Positions 9,501 to 17,878 of a stretch of DNA of 64,000 nt are shown here, piece by piece. The position numbers and the translations under genes are program-made. Under the pieces are notes generated by a model. It was not told the DNA's origin, made no database searches, and was given only the letters and a program-made list of their open reading frames with translations. Positions within the stretch are counted from its first letter, which is position 1. Each line of letters starts with the position of its first letter. Source of the DNA: Bacillota bacterium (GTDB lineage Bacteria > Bacillota > Clostridia > Christensenellales > CAG-917). Location: contig JAMPEA010000004.1 in assembly GCA_023665365.1 (NCBI GenBank), positions 32,823 through 96,822 of the forward strand. The letters are read 5' to 3'.

Positions 9501-9857
9501 CGCAACGTACTTATTGTGCGCGTCACGATCCGCCTCGTACTTTTTGCGCTCGTTTTGGGAACGCTCGTCGGTAAACTGAACGTCCGAGATTTTCCAAGTA
9601 ATCGTATAGTGGTTTGCGTAGTCGGGCGTAATCTTGATTGCAAGCAGCTCGTCGAACCTGCCGCTTAGCAACTCGCCCGAAAATTCGAGGTCTAAACTTT
9701 CCGCCTCTTGCGACGCTTTATCTCCGACCTTATGCACGACCGACATACTGTCAACCGCGATGACGGCGTTGATTTTCAAGAAATTGGACACTGCCGCAAC
9801 GATAAGCAGTATCAGTACCGGTATCAAAATGAGGATACCTATCATAACTTTTTTCAT
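6585..9857 (-). CDS. Large membrane-anchored surface protein with coiled coil, Big_2-like Ig domains and a beta-helix-like C-terminal region
   Basis: 1090 aa. Has an N-terminal TM helix and a K/E/A-rich coiled coil. Two Big_2-like segments are present ('ESSDPSVASVDQNGVVTAHSAGTANITVKA' and 'WASSDAKIVTVAQNGEVSAVSSGLVDITA'). The C-terminal repetitive N/V/I pattern suggests a parallel beta-helix. Confidence 0.8.
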   Translation of the reverse strand: MKKVMIGILILIPVLILLIVAAVSNFLKINAVIAVDSMSVVHKVGDKASQEAESLDLEFSGELLSGRFDELLAIKITPDYANHYTITWKISDVQFTDERSQNERKKYEADRDAHNKYVADYNSYNNQIKNCETIIENAEKKLAEDIAAIRASSLTQNLKTERIEALEEDFAALKAENEAKIADYKSKQSALVDTDVNYVADAAMLVDDNGKEVDGNTSSKFLVNSYCSFKLNISATANVSKTLRVNVKGYNVEDISVVDVNGETESAISVGDKLRLNANYIPVSSIVSTTEWESSDPSVASVDQNGVVTAHSAGTANITVKADRHDTGELVTSTVAHVVTVSAGASKFGSEFSTSKPFSLNAVGINPDDVISYEGCEIGTEENESKVAFTSDVAHIVTQNGTVTVNRCGDDDIEIENASVYEATDGYVFEVSALALKLRAVWKDVLKEGEPNGVTWASSDAKIVTVAQNGEVSAVSSGLVDITATRNGKSSSLTLNVQIKLASMNLRTGNDYYAVGLARETVFAAEKYRFDTDSHEKTVNNVLIEIIDAPKRSQFDSDSEFKKQLATFYNAYKYEIISGGDYAYFSTDESEPNRLIFIPSALEGKGKQTINVKVSAKYPKYAGNDRFTSEEVAIKVIYGVEVNNIAEFYKASDDQKAYAYAEGNLQERTIAFEHTNTERGRNDLYRLYNSEHSLRTYGISVMNTLRYEDKLDDKGNPLEIRDENDVKAYGDVYGNNNWLTAERNQIHNVDAMLWIVWSNVTVSNLNLRANKMDKDGTLSADETDGLKGQSIQIYSCDDYKTNRISNVRVEYCILENGRRAGQSYNADYVLDGIVVRNMASCAFYIPARMYPIEEDGKYVTYPVYSHMTLNNCVFANCLNTIASFSYERFSVTSEDDPFGDCDSGDGRFIRDDLAANAAYFKKYFYDEGINTQVRQTGFLDIYNWQNVKIANFVDTGDAKTNSLIVGFASDIFRYADAFKSCRYIDSDKECYIHMGFVTTGITFSEGIMDEPVYLDIEIEDKRIASDPIRTRELPSSMSNVGAIASTALPILRSMELVFYAYDARSSSLDILPHSTFEFDSNFLKRLHGEN

Positions 9858-9871
9858 AAACTATCCTCCTT

Positions 9872-11584
9872 TTACGGTATAATCCTGTGGTATTTTCTGT
9901 TGAGGTTGACAAACAGAGCCGAAAGGCTCGCCCCCAACAGCACGAGGGAGATAAGCAGGAGTATAACGTACACGCCCCCTATATCTCCGTCAAGCGCCGA
10001 GATTTGCCAGCTCCCTATTTTTATAGGAATAAAGCTGAAAATCATTGCGAATACGCCGTAAAGGATTGCCACCGCAAAGCCGACGACCATTGCGAGCGCG
10101 ACATTTTTGTTTGCGCTGACAAGCTCGCCGTCGCCCGCGACGTTGAAAGTCGGCGACTTTATATCTATGAGCATAAACAGGCTTGTGAGGCTTACGACGA
10201 TGATTTCGCTTATCGCAAATATCGCAAGCACATCGGTGGCTTTAAGCATGTGGTCGCCCGCGTCCGTCGTGTAGTAGATGCCCGACACCATACAGCATAG
10301 CGCGACCGATAACGTGGCTACGCTCGCGTAAAGCGCAAACTTGACGAGCGTCTGGGTCGTATAAGTCACGGGGATTATCTTTGTATGATAAAAACAGTTG
10401 CCCTCTCGTGAAATGCTCGTAGACGCAAATGATACGACTATGGTGACGAATATGATTATGACCATAAGCGTAAGCCCCGGCATTATGTTTGAGCCGAGAC
10501 TCTCTGCGCCCATACTCGCGGCGAGACGGTTGCAGAAAAACACCATCACGGGAGCGGCGCATGCCATAGCGAAGTATTGGAATGAATAGTTGAAACTGCG
10601 CAGTATCAGATAAAACTCGCGTCTAAACAAAGCCCACGGCGCGGAGCGTTGCTTGTCCTTGACATTCTTTTTGAAGGAAGCCTTTTCCGTCTCGATGCCG
10701 TAAAGTATCGTCTTATAATACTCCCTCGTAGTGATGAAGTAGGCTATTACGCCGAGCGCCGCGTTGATGAGGAATATATAAAGGTATCTCAACGCCAACT
10801 GCCCCGACGACAACCCGCTGAACATCTGTCCGCCCGCAACGTCCGCGTATAATCTGAAAGGATACGCCGCGTTTGCAAATCGGCGGAAATATTCGAGAGT
10901 GCCGCTCGAAGTAAGCGTCTCGCCCTCTCTCCTAAGATAGTTGAGGAAGGTGCTAAGCGAGGTAAGATAGAAGATGAAAACGCCGCAAATCAGCAAAATC
11001 GTGATAATAAGCACGATGATAAACCTGTTTTTGACCTTGTTCATCAACTTCATCACGGGCACTGCGATGATATTCGCAATGAAAAACGGCAGGAACGACG
11101 AGAGTATCGTAAGCCCGAAGTATCCGAAAAAGTGACCCGTGTGCGCGTGCGAAACGGCGCCGTAAGAAATCAAAAACGGGAGCATAAGCAACGCGCATAC
11201 GATGAGGTTGTGCAAAAAGCAGTAAATCGTCTTTGCCACGAGGATTTCTTTGCCGCTCACGGGGAAGCGCAAGAGCATTTCGTTATCGCCGTTTTGATAT
11301 AGGTTTTTGATGACTGCGCCGGTGCTGATTGCGGTTGCTATGACCATGGTAATCGTGTTTGCAACCGTCAAAAACTCAATCCTGAGACCGCCGTCGCCGG
11401 CGAACATCTTTGTGAGATAGTATATGCCGTATATAAGCAGAGCGTATATCGCGGCAAAAAACAGATAGTTGGAAACTTGCAATATTCTGTTTTTGACTCC
11501 GACCTTGTGCGTAGAGCCGAAACGGGAAAGCAAATCCAACTTGAAAAGCGTTTTCACGCTTTGAATTGAAAATTCGCCTTTCAT
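9872..11584 (-). CDS. Polytopic membrane protein, putative ABC-exporter permease
   Basis: 570 aa with about 10-12 hydrophobic helices. Its start overlaps the stop of the upstream ABC ATPase at 11584. Confidence 0.65.
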   Translation of the reverse strand: MKGEFSIQSVKTLFKLDLLSRFGSTHKVGVKNRILQVSNYLFFAAIYALLIYGIYYLTKMFAGDGGLRIEFLTVANTITMVIATAISTGAVIKNLYQNGDNEMLLRFPVSGKEILVAKTIYCFLHNLIVCALLMLPFLISYGAVSHAHTGHFFGYFGLTILSSFLPFFIANIIAVPVMKLMNKVKNRFIIVLIITILLICGVFIFYLTSLSTFLNYLRREGETLTSSGTLEYFRRFANAAYPFRLYADVAGGQMFSGLSSGQLALRYLYIFLINAALGVIAYFITTREYYKTILYGIETEKASFKKNVKDKQRSAPWALFRREFYLILRSFNYSFQYFAMACAAPVMVFFCNRLAASMGAESLGSNIMPGLTLMVIIIFVTIVVSFASTSISREGNCFYHTKIIPVTYTTQTLVKFALYASVATLSVALCCMVSGIYYTTDAGDHMLKATDVLAIFAISEIIVVSLTSLFMLIDIKSPTFNVAGDGELVSANKNVALAMVVGFAVAILYGVFAMIFSFIPIKIGSWQISALDGDIGGVYVILLLISLVLLGASLSALFVNLNRKYHRIIP

Positions 11585-12516
11585 TACAGAATATCCTCCT
11601 CGACCGCCGCCGCGTCGTCGTTTGCAACCCCGTCGGGTTGTTCGGCTTCGTCCGTCGCACTATCGACAGCATTTTCGGCGACCTCGTCGCTGTTATCGGC
11701 TTCGACGGGTTTTTCCGCCTCGTTCGCCTTTACAATCGGCATATCGGGACGCATATCCGAGCTTTCCTGCGCGATATAATCCTCAAACAGCCTCTCCTCA
11801 TAAGTGCCCGTAATGCGGAAGAACCTCTCTTCGAGGTTGGCTTTATTCTCTTCGTTGCCCGCGAGGTCGAATAGGTCGATGAGCTTGCCCTCGTTGACGA
11901 TTGCGACTCTGTGGCACAGCTTTTTGACTAAATCGAGGTTGTGACTTGAAAAGAAAACCGTATTGCCTTTTGCGCAGTGCTCGCGCATATGGGCTATAAT
12001 CTCCGCGGTGGACTGCGGGTCGAGACCCATCATAGGCTCGTCGAGCACCCAGAGTTTAGGCTCGTGTATCAGCGCGGCTATGATGCAAATCTTCTGCTTC
12101 ATTCCGTGCGAGTATGATTTTATTTGCTTGTCGATTGCATATTCCAAGCGGAACAGTTTTGCAAATCTTTCGAGGCGTTCGGCGCGCAGGTCGGTCGGCA
12201 CTTTGTAGAGGTCGGCGACGTAATTGACGTACTCCCTGCCCGTCAGCTTTTCGTAGACGGAATGGTTGTCGGGGACGTAGCCCATCTGCATTTTTGCCTT
12301 GATAGGTTCTTTTTGTATGTCGTAGCCGCAGATTTCGATTGTGCCGCCGTCAAACGGCAGTATGCCCGTAAGGCACTTTATCGTGGTGGATTTTCCCGCG
12401 CCGTTCTGTCCGAGAAATCCGAAGATTTCGCCGGGACGCAATTCAAAAGATATATCGTCAACGGCAACTCTGTCGCTTTTTGGATAGGTTTTTACAAGAT
12501 GACTTATAGTTAGCAT
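11584..12516 (-). CDS. ABC transporter ATP-binding protein with acidic C-terminal tail
   Basis: Walker A 'GQNGAGKST', signature 'YSHGMKQK' and Walker B 'LWVLDEP'. AAGGAGA sits 5 nt before the second ATG. The C-terminal ~80 aa are D/E/A-rich. Confidence 0.9.
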   Translation of the reverse strand: MLTISHLVKTYPKSDRVAVDDISFELRPGEIFGFLGQNGAGKSTTIKCLTGILPFDGGTIEICGYDIQKEPIKAKMQMGYVPDNHSVYEKLTGREYVNYVADLYKVPTDLRAERLERFAKLFRLEYAIDKQIKSYSHGMKQKICIIAALIHEPKLWVLDEPMMGLDPQSTAEIIAHMREHCAKGNTVFFSSHNLDLVKKLCHRVAIVNEGKLIDLFDLAGNEENKANLEERFFRITGTYEERLFEDYIAQESSDMRPDMPIVKANEAEKPVEADNSDEVAENAVDSATDEAEQPDGVANDDAAAVEEDIL

Positions 12517-12659
12517 ATTATTCTCCTTTGTCATATCCGCAAGGTTGCGGATTTTCTTAACCGCAAGGGCGCAAACGTCCCTCGGCTTTGAAAGTATTTA
12601 AAATAGAAATACGCACGCGAAAACCGCGTATGTAAAAAAACGTAATGACAAAGGGATTT

Positions 12660-13100
12660 TCAAGATAAAAGAACAGGCGTTATCGCCAAATAGGAGTTTG
12701 ATAAATTACACGCCGCCGTACTCAATTTTTTGGTATCGGGGTTGCATTTGAAAAGTTCTATCGACCCGCGCTTGTATAAATCGAGACGCATCGCAATTTC
12801 GTAGCATAGCACGATTGCAAACAGCACGAATAATAACGTAACTCCGCCCGAAAAGGACGAAAAAACCGTTATAAAGCGCAACCATAAAAACGCGCAGAAA
12901 CTCATTGCCGCGGCAACGTTTGCGCTGACCACCGACAAGACGAACGCCGTGGCTTTTACGCTCGGCAAAAGCACGCTGCCCCTAAGCGAAAGATACTTCA
13001 AAAAAGCAACGCCGAACAGTATCGCAACTATAATCGCCACGACCTTTGCGCATTCGACAATCACTTCGAGTATCTGCGTAAGTAAGGACAACGTATCCAT
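12660..13100 (-). CDS. Small hypothetical membrane protein
   Basis: 146 aa with 3-4 hydrophobic helices. No family recognised. Confidence 0.45.
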   Translation of the reverse strand: MDTLSLLTQILEVIVECAKVVAIIVAILFGVAFLKYLSLRGSVLLPSVKATAFVLSVVSANVAAAMSFCAFLWLRFITVFSSFSGGVTLLFVLFAIVLCYEIAMRLDLYKRGSIELFKCNPDTKKLSTAACNLSNSYLAITPVLLS

Positions 13101-13256
13101 TTAGCCTCGCACACGCACGCGTGTTGCGCGCGTATTTATAGATAATAGCTTATAGTATTTTATCAATATATAACATTATTGTCAACAAAATTAAGCGTAT
13201 ACGATACAATGATAGGTCGCAACGCGGCGTTTAACCCGCAATTTTCGCCAAATTGC

Positions 13257-13285
13257 TTGACTTGTCAACTGCAAAAGAGTATAAC
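13257..13285 (+). promoter_or_regulatory. Putative sigma-A promoter of the antiporter gene
   Basis: TTGACT-17 nt-TATAAC, about 25 nt upstream of the ATG at 13311. GAGGTG RBS follows. Confidence 0.45.
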
Positions 13286-13310
13286 ATAACAATCAACGAG
13301 GTGATACGAT

Positions 13311-14642
13311 ATGTTTTCAAACGATTTGTTATCGGCAGGCAGTTCGGAAGCGTTCGAACTCCTCCTCCCTCTGGCGCTGATTTTGCTTCTGTCTAAGTTT
13401 TTCTCTCTCGTGGGGAAAAAGCTGGGACTGCCGCAAGTTGTCGGAATGTTGGTCGCGGGCATTTTGCTCGGGCTTATTAAGCTCATTCCAAATCAGAACG
13501 TACTCACCGACGACACCCTGCAAGGGCTGTCTTTTCTCGCTAAAATCGGCGTGATTTTGATAATGTTCTCAGCCGGCATAGAGACGGATTTCAAGCAGTT
13601 TAAATCCTGCGGAGTTCCGTCGGTGTTGATTACAATCCTCGGCGTCGCGGTGCCGATGGTGTTCGGCTTTTTGGTTGCGACCGCGTTCAACGGCGGCTTC
13701 GCGCACGTGAGCGAAAACGCTTTTCACAACCTGTTTTACGGCGCGATACTCTCGGCAACTTCGGTGAGCGTCACAGTCGCCACTCTTAAAGAACTCGGCA
13801 AACTCAACTCGAAAGTAGGCACGTCGATTATCACCGCCGCAATCTTAGACGACATCATCGGCGTGATTTTACTGTCGCTCTTTATCAGCCTCGACCACGG
13901 CACGGGCGCAAAAGAGGTCGGCATTGTCATCGGCAAGATGATAGGCTTTTTCGCCGCCGCGGGCGCAATCGGGGTCGCCCTGCACTTTGCAATCAACTAT
14001 ATTCAAAAGAAAAGACCGCACACGCGCAGAATTCCCATTTTGGGCTTTGCGGTCTGCTTCTTTTTCGCCTACGCCGCAGAGGAATGGTTTGGCATTGCCG
14101 ACATAACGGGCGCGTACGTCGCGGGGCTTATTTTCGCCACCGTGCACGACCGCGAGTATATCAATCGCAAAATCGAAATCAGCAACTATATGATTTTCGC
14201 GCCGGTATTCTTTGCAAATATCGGCATCACCGCAGACTTTTCGGGCATCACCGCGACTATGGCGGGCTTCGGTGTTTGCTTTATCCTCGCGGGACTGTTG
14301 GGCAAAGTGATAGGTTGCGGCGCGGGTTCGCTTATTTGCAAATACTCCGTCAAGGACAGCCTGCGCGTGGGCATAGGTATGATGGTGCGCGCCGAGGTCG
14401 TCATAGTCTGTACGCAAAAAGGCATTGACAACGGCATGATAAATCCTGCGATAATGCCGTTTGTGATACTGCTTGTAGTCATTTCCGCCCTGCTTGCGCC
14501 GCTGTTTTTGAAACTGTTATACAAAAACGACAAAACTCCGCTTATGCCTCCGCCATCCGACTCGAACATCCTCCCCGAAGCAACTGCGCAATCCTCCCTT
14601 GAAAACGATATGTCAACGGCAGAGTACAGCCGCGAAGCCTAA
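13311..14642 (+). CDS. Cation:proton antiporter (CPA2 / Na+/H+ exchanger family)
   Basis: 443 aa and polytopic. The N-terminal 'LLLPLALILLLSKFFSLVGKKLGLPQVVGMLVAGILLG' is typical of Kef/NapA-type exchangers. Confidence 0.8.
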   Translation: MFSNDLLSAGSSEAFELLLPLALILLLSKFFSLVGKKLGLPQVVGMLVAGILLGLIKLIPNQNVLTDDTLQGLSFLAKIGVILIMFSAGIETDFKQFKSCGVPSVLITILGVAVPMVFGFLVATAFNGGFAHVSENAFHNLFYGAILSATSVSVTVATLKELGKLNSKVGTSIITAAILDDIIGVILLSLFISLDHGTGAKEVGIVIGKMIGFFAAAGAIGVALHFAINYIQKKRPHTRRIPILGFAVCFFFAYAAEEWFGIADITGAYVAGLIFATVHDREYINRKIEISNYMIFAPVFFANIGITADFSGITATMAGFGVCFILAGLLGKVIGCGAGSLICKYSVKDSLRVGIGMMVRAEVVIVCTQKGIDNGMINPAIMPFVILLVVISALLAPLFLKLLYKNDKTPLMPPPSDSNILPEATAQSSLENDMSTAEYSREA

Positions 14643-14741
14643 ATTCAAGCAATCTAACCGATTGAAATAACGAAAACGCCGTTTGCACGTCAAGCAAATT
14701 GCAGTCATCACCCGCTATGGTCATATTAGGAGTATGGTGTT

Positions 14742-14975
14742 GTGTATACGTTGGAACAGATAAGAAAAAACTTAATCGAGGCTATCACGAGCAGTGGACT
14801 GACTCAATCCGAGATTGCAAAGAAATTGAATTTGTCTCATCAGACTGTCAATCAATATGTAAAAGGAAAGTCAATGCCTGCACTTGATACGTTTGCTAAT
14901 TTGTGCTCCTTACTCGACGTTGAAGCCGATTATATACTCGGGCTTATTGATATTGAGGGAAAAAAGACATATTAA
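14742..14975 (+). CDS. XRE-family helix-turn-helix transcriptional regulator
   Basis: 77 aa. 'LTQSEIAKKLNLSHQTVNQYVKGKSMPALDTFANLCSLLDVEADYILG' is a classic HTH_3 pattern. Confidence 0.8.
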   Translation: MYTLEQIRKNLIEAITSSGLTQSEIAKKLNLSHQTVNQYVKGKSMPALDTFANLCSLLDVEADYILGLIDIEGKKTY

Positions 14976-14995
14976 AAAATGTAAATATTTATATG

Positions 14996-15025
14996 AAAAG
15001 CGCCCTCTTTACGAGAGCGCTTTTT
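14996..15025. terminator. Bidirectional terminator between the XRE gene and gpmI
   Basis: AAAAGCGCCCTC-tttac-GAGAGCGCTTTTT hairpin with flanking A/T runs in a convergent gap. Confidence 0.6.
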
Positions 15026-15046
15026 AATTGCGTTTAAATATCATCG

Positions 15047-16612
15047 CTAAATTATAATGCTTTTGTCCCAGTGTGAGTCAACAGGCAACCCCATAAGCGT
15101 CATAGCAGTCGCCGCAACGTTGGACAATCCGAACTCGCCCTCGGCAATCTCGCAATCCGCATTGTATACAATAAACGGAACTACGTTTAAGCTGTGCGCC
15201 GTGCGGACGGCAATCTGACCTTTCTTGTTTTTTTCGAGCATTTCGTCCGCGTTGCCGTGGTCCGCCGTGACTATAAGCGTATAGCCGTTGCGTTTCACAA
15301 CCGGCAACAGCCTTGCAAGTGCGAGGTCCACTGCCTCAACGCCGATTATTGTCGCGTCAAGACTGCCTGTATGTCCAACCATATCGCCGTTAGGATAGTT
15401 GCAACGGATAAAGCCGTACTCCCCGCTTTCGATAGCCGCAATGACCTTATCGGTCACTTCTGCGGATTTCATCCAAGGACGCTCGTCGAACGACACCTTG
15501 TCGCTCGGCACTTCCTCCCAAACTTCCAGCTTATCGCTGAACTTTTCCGAACGGTTGCCGTTCCAAAAATACGTCACGTGACCGTACTTTTGCGTTTCAG
15601 AGACCGCATAGGACTTCACGCCGAGCTCGACGAGCTTTTCGCTTAGAGTATACTTGATTTGCGGCGGCTCGACGAGGAACCTCTTCGGCAAATGCAAGTC
15701 GCCGTCGTATTGCAACATGCCCGCATACAGCACCTTGGGCATATTGCCTCTGTCAAAGGCGCTGAACGCCTCGTTGTCGAACGCCATAGAAAGCTCGATT
15801 GCGCGGTCGCCGCGGAAGTTAAAGAGTATCACGCTGTCGCCGTCCGCCATAGCTCCGACGGGCTTTCCGTCCTCTTTGATGACGAATGCGGGCAGGTCTT
15901 GGTCGATGATGCCCTCGTTTTCGGCGCGATAAGTTTCAATCGCCTCCGTCGCGCTTGCAAAACCTCTGCCCTCGCCGTAAACGTGCGTATAGAAGCCCGC
16001 TTTGACCATATCCCAGTTGGCGAAGTATCTGTCCATCGTGATTTTCATACGACCGCCGCCCGAGGCGATTTTTGCGTCGAACGAGCTGTCGTTGAGGCTT
16101 TCGAGGGTGTTTTCAAGCGCTTCTACGTAGGTGAGCGCCGACGTCGCGGGAACGTCTCTGCCGTCAAGCAGAATATGTACGCGCACCTTTCTTACGCCGT
16201 CCTTTTTCGCGTGCAGGACGAGCGCGAGCAAATGCCCGATATTGCTGTGTACGTTTCCGTCGCTGAGCAAGCCGATAAAGTGCATAGTGCTTACGTTTTT
16301 CACACAGTTGTTTTTAAGCTCCTGCCAAGCGGCGGAATCGTATATATTGCCGCTTTCAATAGCCTCCTCGACGAGCTTCGCGCCCTGCGAGTACACCTGT
16401 CCGCACCCGAGCGCATTGTGTCCGACCTCGCTGTTGCCCATATCCTCGTCGGAGGGCAAGCCGACAGCCGTGCCGTGCGCCTTGATATACGTATGCGGAC
16501 ACTCCGCAAGCAACTTATCGAGCGTCGGCGTATTTGCCATTGTCACAGCGTCGCCAAGCCCCGTTTTCGACTTGCCTACGCCGTCCATAACTACAAGAAC
16601 AAGTTTATTCAT
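15047..16612 (-). CDS. gpmI: 2,3-bisphosphoglycerate-independent phosphoglycerate mutase
   Basis: 521 aa. 'VVMDGVG', 'GNSEVGHNALG' and the C-terminal 'TADHGNA' motifs are present. Confidence 0.95.
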   Translation of the reverse strand: MNKLVLVVMDGVGKSKTGLGDAVTMANTPTLDKLLAECPHTYIKAHGTAVGLPSDEDMGNSEVGHNALGCGQVYSQGAKLVEEAIESGNIYDSAAWQELKNNCVKNVSTMHFIGLLSDGNVHSNIGHLLALVLHAKKDGVRKVRVHILLDGRDVPATSALTYVEALENTLESLNDSSFDAKIASGGGRMKITMDRYFANWDMVKAGFYTHVYGEGRGFASATEAIETYRAENEGIIDQDLPAFVIKEDGKPVGAMADGDSVILFNFRGDRAIELSMAFDNEAFSAFDRGNMPKVLYAGMLQYDGDLHLPKRFLVEPPQIKYTLSEKLVELGVKSYAVSETQKYGHVTYFWNGNRSEKFSDKLEVWEEVPSDKVSFDERPWMKSAEVTDKVIAAIESGEYGFIRCNYPNGDMVGHTGSLDATIIGVEAVDLALARLLPVVKRNGYTLIVTADHGNADEMLEKNKKGQIAVRTAHSLNVVPFIVYNADCEIAEGEFGLSNVAATAMTLMGLPVDSHWDKSIII

Positions 16613-16713
16613 AGCAATCCCTATAAAGTTAGAGTTAAGTTAACGCTTAACGTTATTATTTGGATGATATTTGTTTTCCTTAAAATAAGTTAGTTGTTTT
16701 AAAACAGCATTCT

Positions 16714-16838
16714 AAAACTTGATTATTTGCGATGATTTTGCGTTTTCTCGCAAGGTTTTGGTCGCACCCAGTGTACAATCCGTACACGGTGCGCCAAGTT
16801 CTTGCGAAAAACACAAAAGGGCGCAAATAGCAAGTTTT
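16714..16838 (-). repeat. ~125-nt extended imperfect hairpin element, copy 1 (immediately after the tpiA stop)
   Basis: About 94% identical to 17752-17876. The whole unit folds back on itself (AAAACTTG.TTATTTGCG... pairs with ...GCGCAAATAGCAAGTTTT). The tpiA stop codon overlaps its end. Confidence 0.7.
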
Positions 16839-17589
16839 AATAGTTTATTACGTTAGAGAAATCAACAGCTTTTAAAGAAGCTCCGCCAATAAGTCCGCCG
16901 TCAATCTCGGGCATAGCCATAAGCTCTTTGACGTTCTTCGGGTTCATGCTTCCGCCGTATTGGATACGCACTCTGTTTTCGGCGCACTTGGGGCAATAAA
17001 GCTCCGCCATGGTGTTTCTGATGATTGCGATGGTCTCGTTTGCGACCTCCGCCGTAGCGGTCTTGCCTGTGCCGATAGCCCAAACGGGTTCGTATGCGAT
17101 GACGATATTTTCAAGCTCTTCTTTTTCGATACCCTCGAACGCGCCTTTTGTTTGACGCACGAGCACTTCCTCGACCTTGCCGCTTTCGCGCTCTTCGAGA
17201 GTTTCGCCTACGCAGACGATGGGTTTAAGCCCTGCCGCCAAAGCGGCTCTTGTCCTCGCGTTGACGGTCGCGTCCGTCTCGCCGAAATACTGACGGCGTT
17301 CGCTGTGTCCGATGATGACGTACTCTACGCCGAGCTCGGCGAGCATCTTTGCGGAAATCTCGCCCGTGAACGCGCCTTTTTCCGCCCAGTGCACGTTTTC
17401 TGCGCCGACTTTGATGTTAGTGCCCTTCGTCATCTCGACAGCCGTAGCGAGGTCGGTGTAAGGCGTGCAGATAACCACGTCGCACTCCGCGTCCTTGACG
17501 AGAGGGATAAGCTCCGAAATCAAGTTTTTGGTTTCTGCGATGGTGTTATTCATCTTCCAGTTTCCTGCGATAATTGCTTTTCTTGACAT
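16837..17589 (-). CDS. tpiA: Triosephosphate isomerase
   Basis: 250 aa. 'AGNWKMN', 'IGHSERR' and '[14 protein letters not shown]' motifs are present. Confidence 0.95.
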   Translation of the reverse strand: MSRKAIIAGNWKMNNTIAETKNLISELIPLVKDAECDVVICTPYTDLATAVEMTKGTNIKVGAENVHWAEKGAFTGEISAKMLAELGVEYVIIGHSERRQYFGETDATVNARTRAALAAGLKPIVCVGETLEERESGKVEEVLVRQTKGAFEGIEKEELENIVIAYEPVWAIGTGKTATAEVANETIAIIRNTMAELYCPKCAENRVRIQYGGSMNPKNVKELMAMPEIDGGLIGGASLKAVDFSNVINY

Positions 17590-17751
17590 AATTTTTACCT
17601 CTAAAATATTTTATTGTTGTCTTGAAACTAATTCAAGAATGGTTTTAAGTTTGAGTTTTAACTCGGTTTGTAAGTTTATGGTGTAAATAAGGTTATTCTT
17701 GAAAGAATAAGGTTGTTTGCACAGGAGCATAAACTTATATTCACGACAAGA

Positions 17752-17876
17752 AAAACTTGATTATTTGCGATGATTTTGCGTTTTCTCGCAAGGTTTTGGT
17801 CACACCCAACGTACAAAACGTACGTGGTGTGCCAAGTTCTTGCGAAAAACACAAAAGGGCGCAAATAGCAAGTTTT
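17752..17876 (-). repeat. ~125-nt extended imperfect hairpin element, copy 2 (immediately after the pgk stop)
   Basis: Same element as 16714-16838. It differs at 8 positions: 6 form three fully compensated base pairs and 2 are in the apical loop. Confidence 0.7.
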
Positions 17877-17878
17877 AT

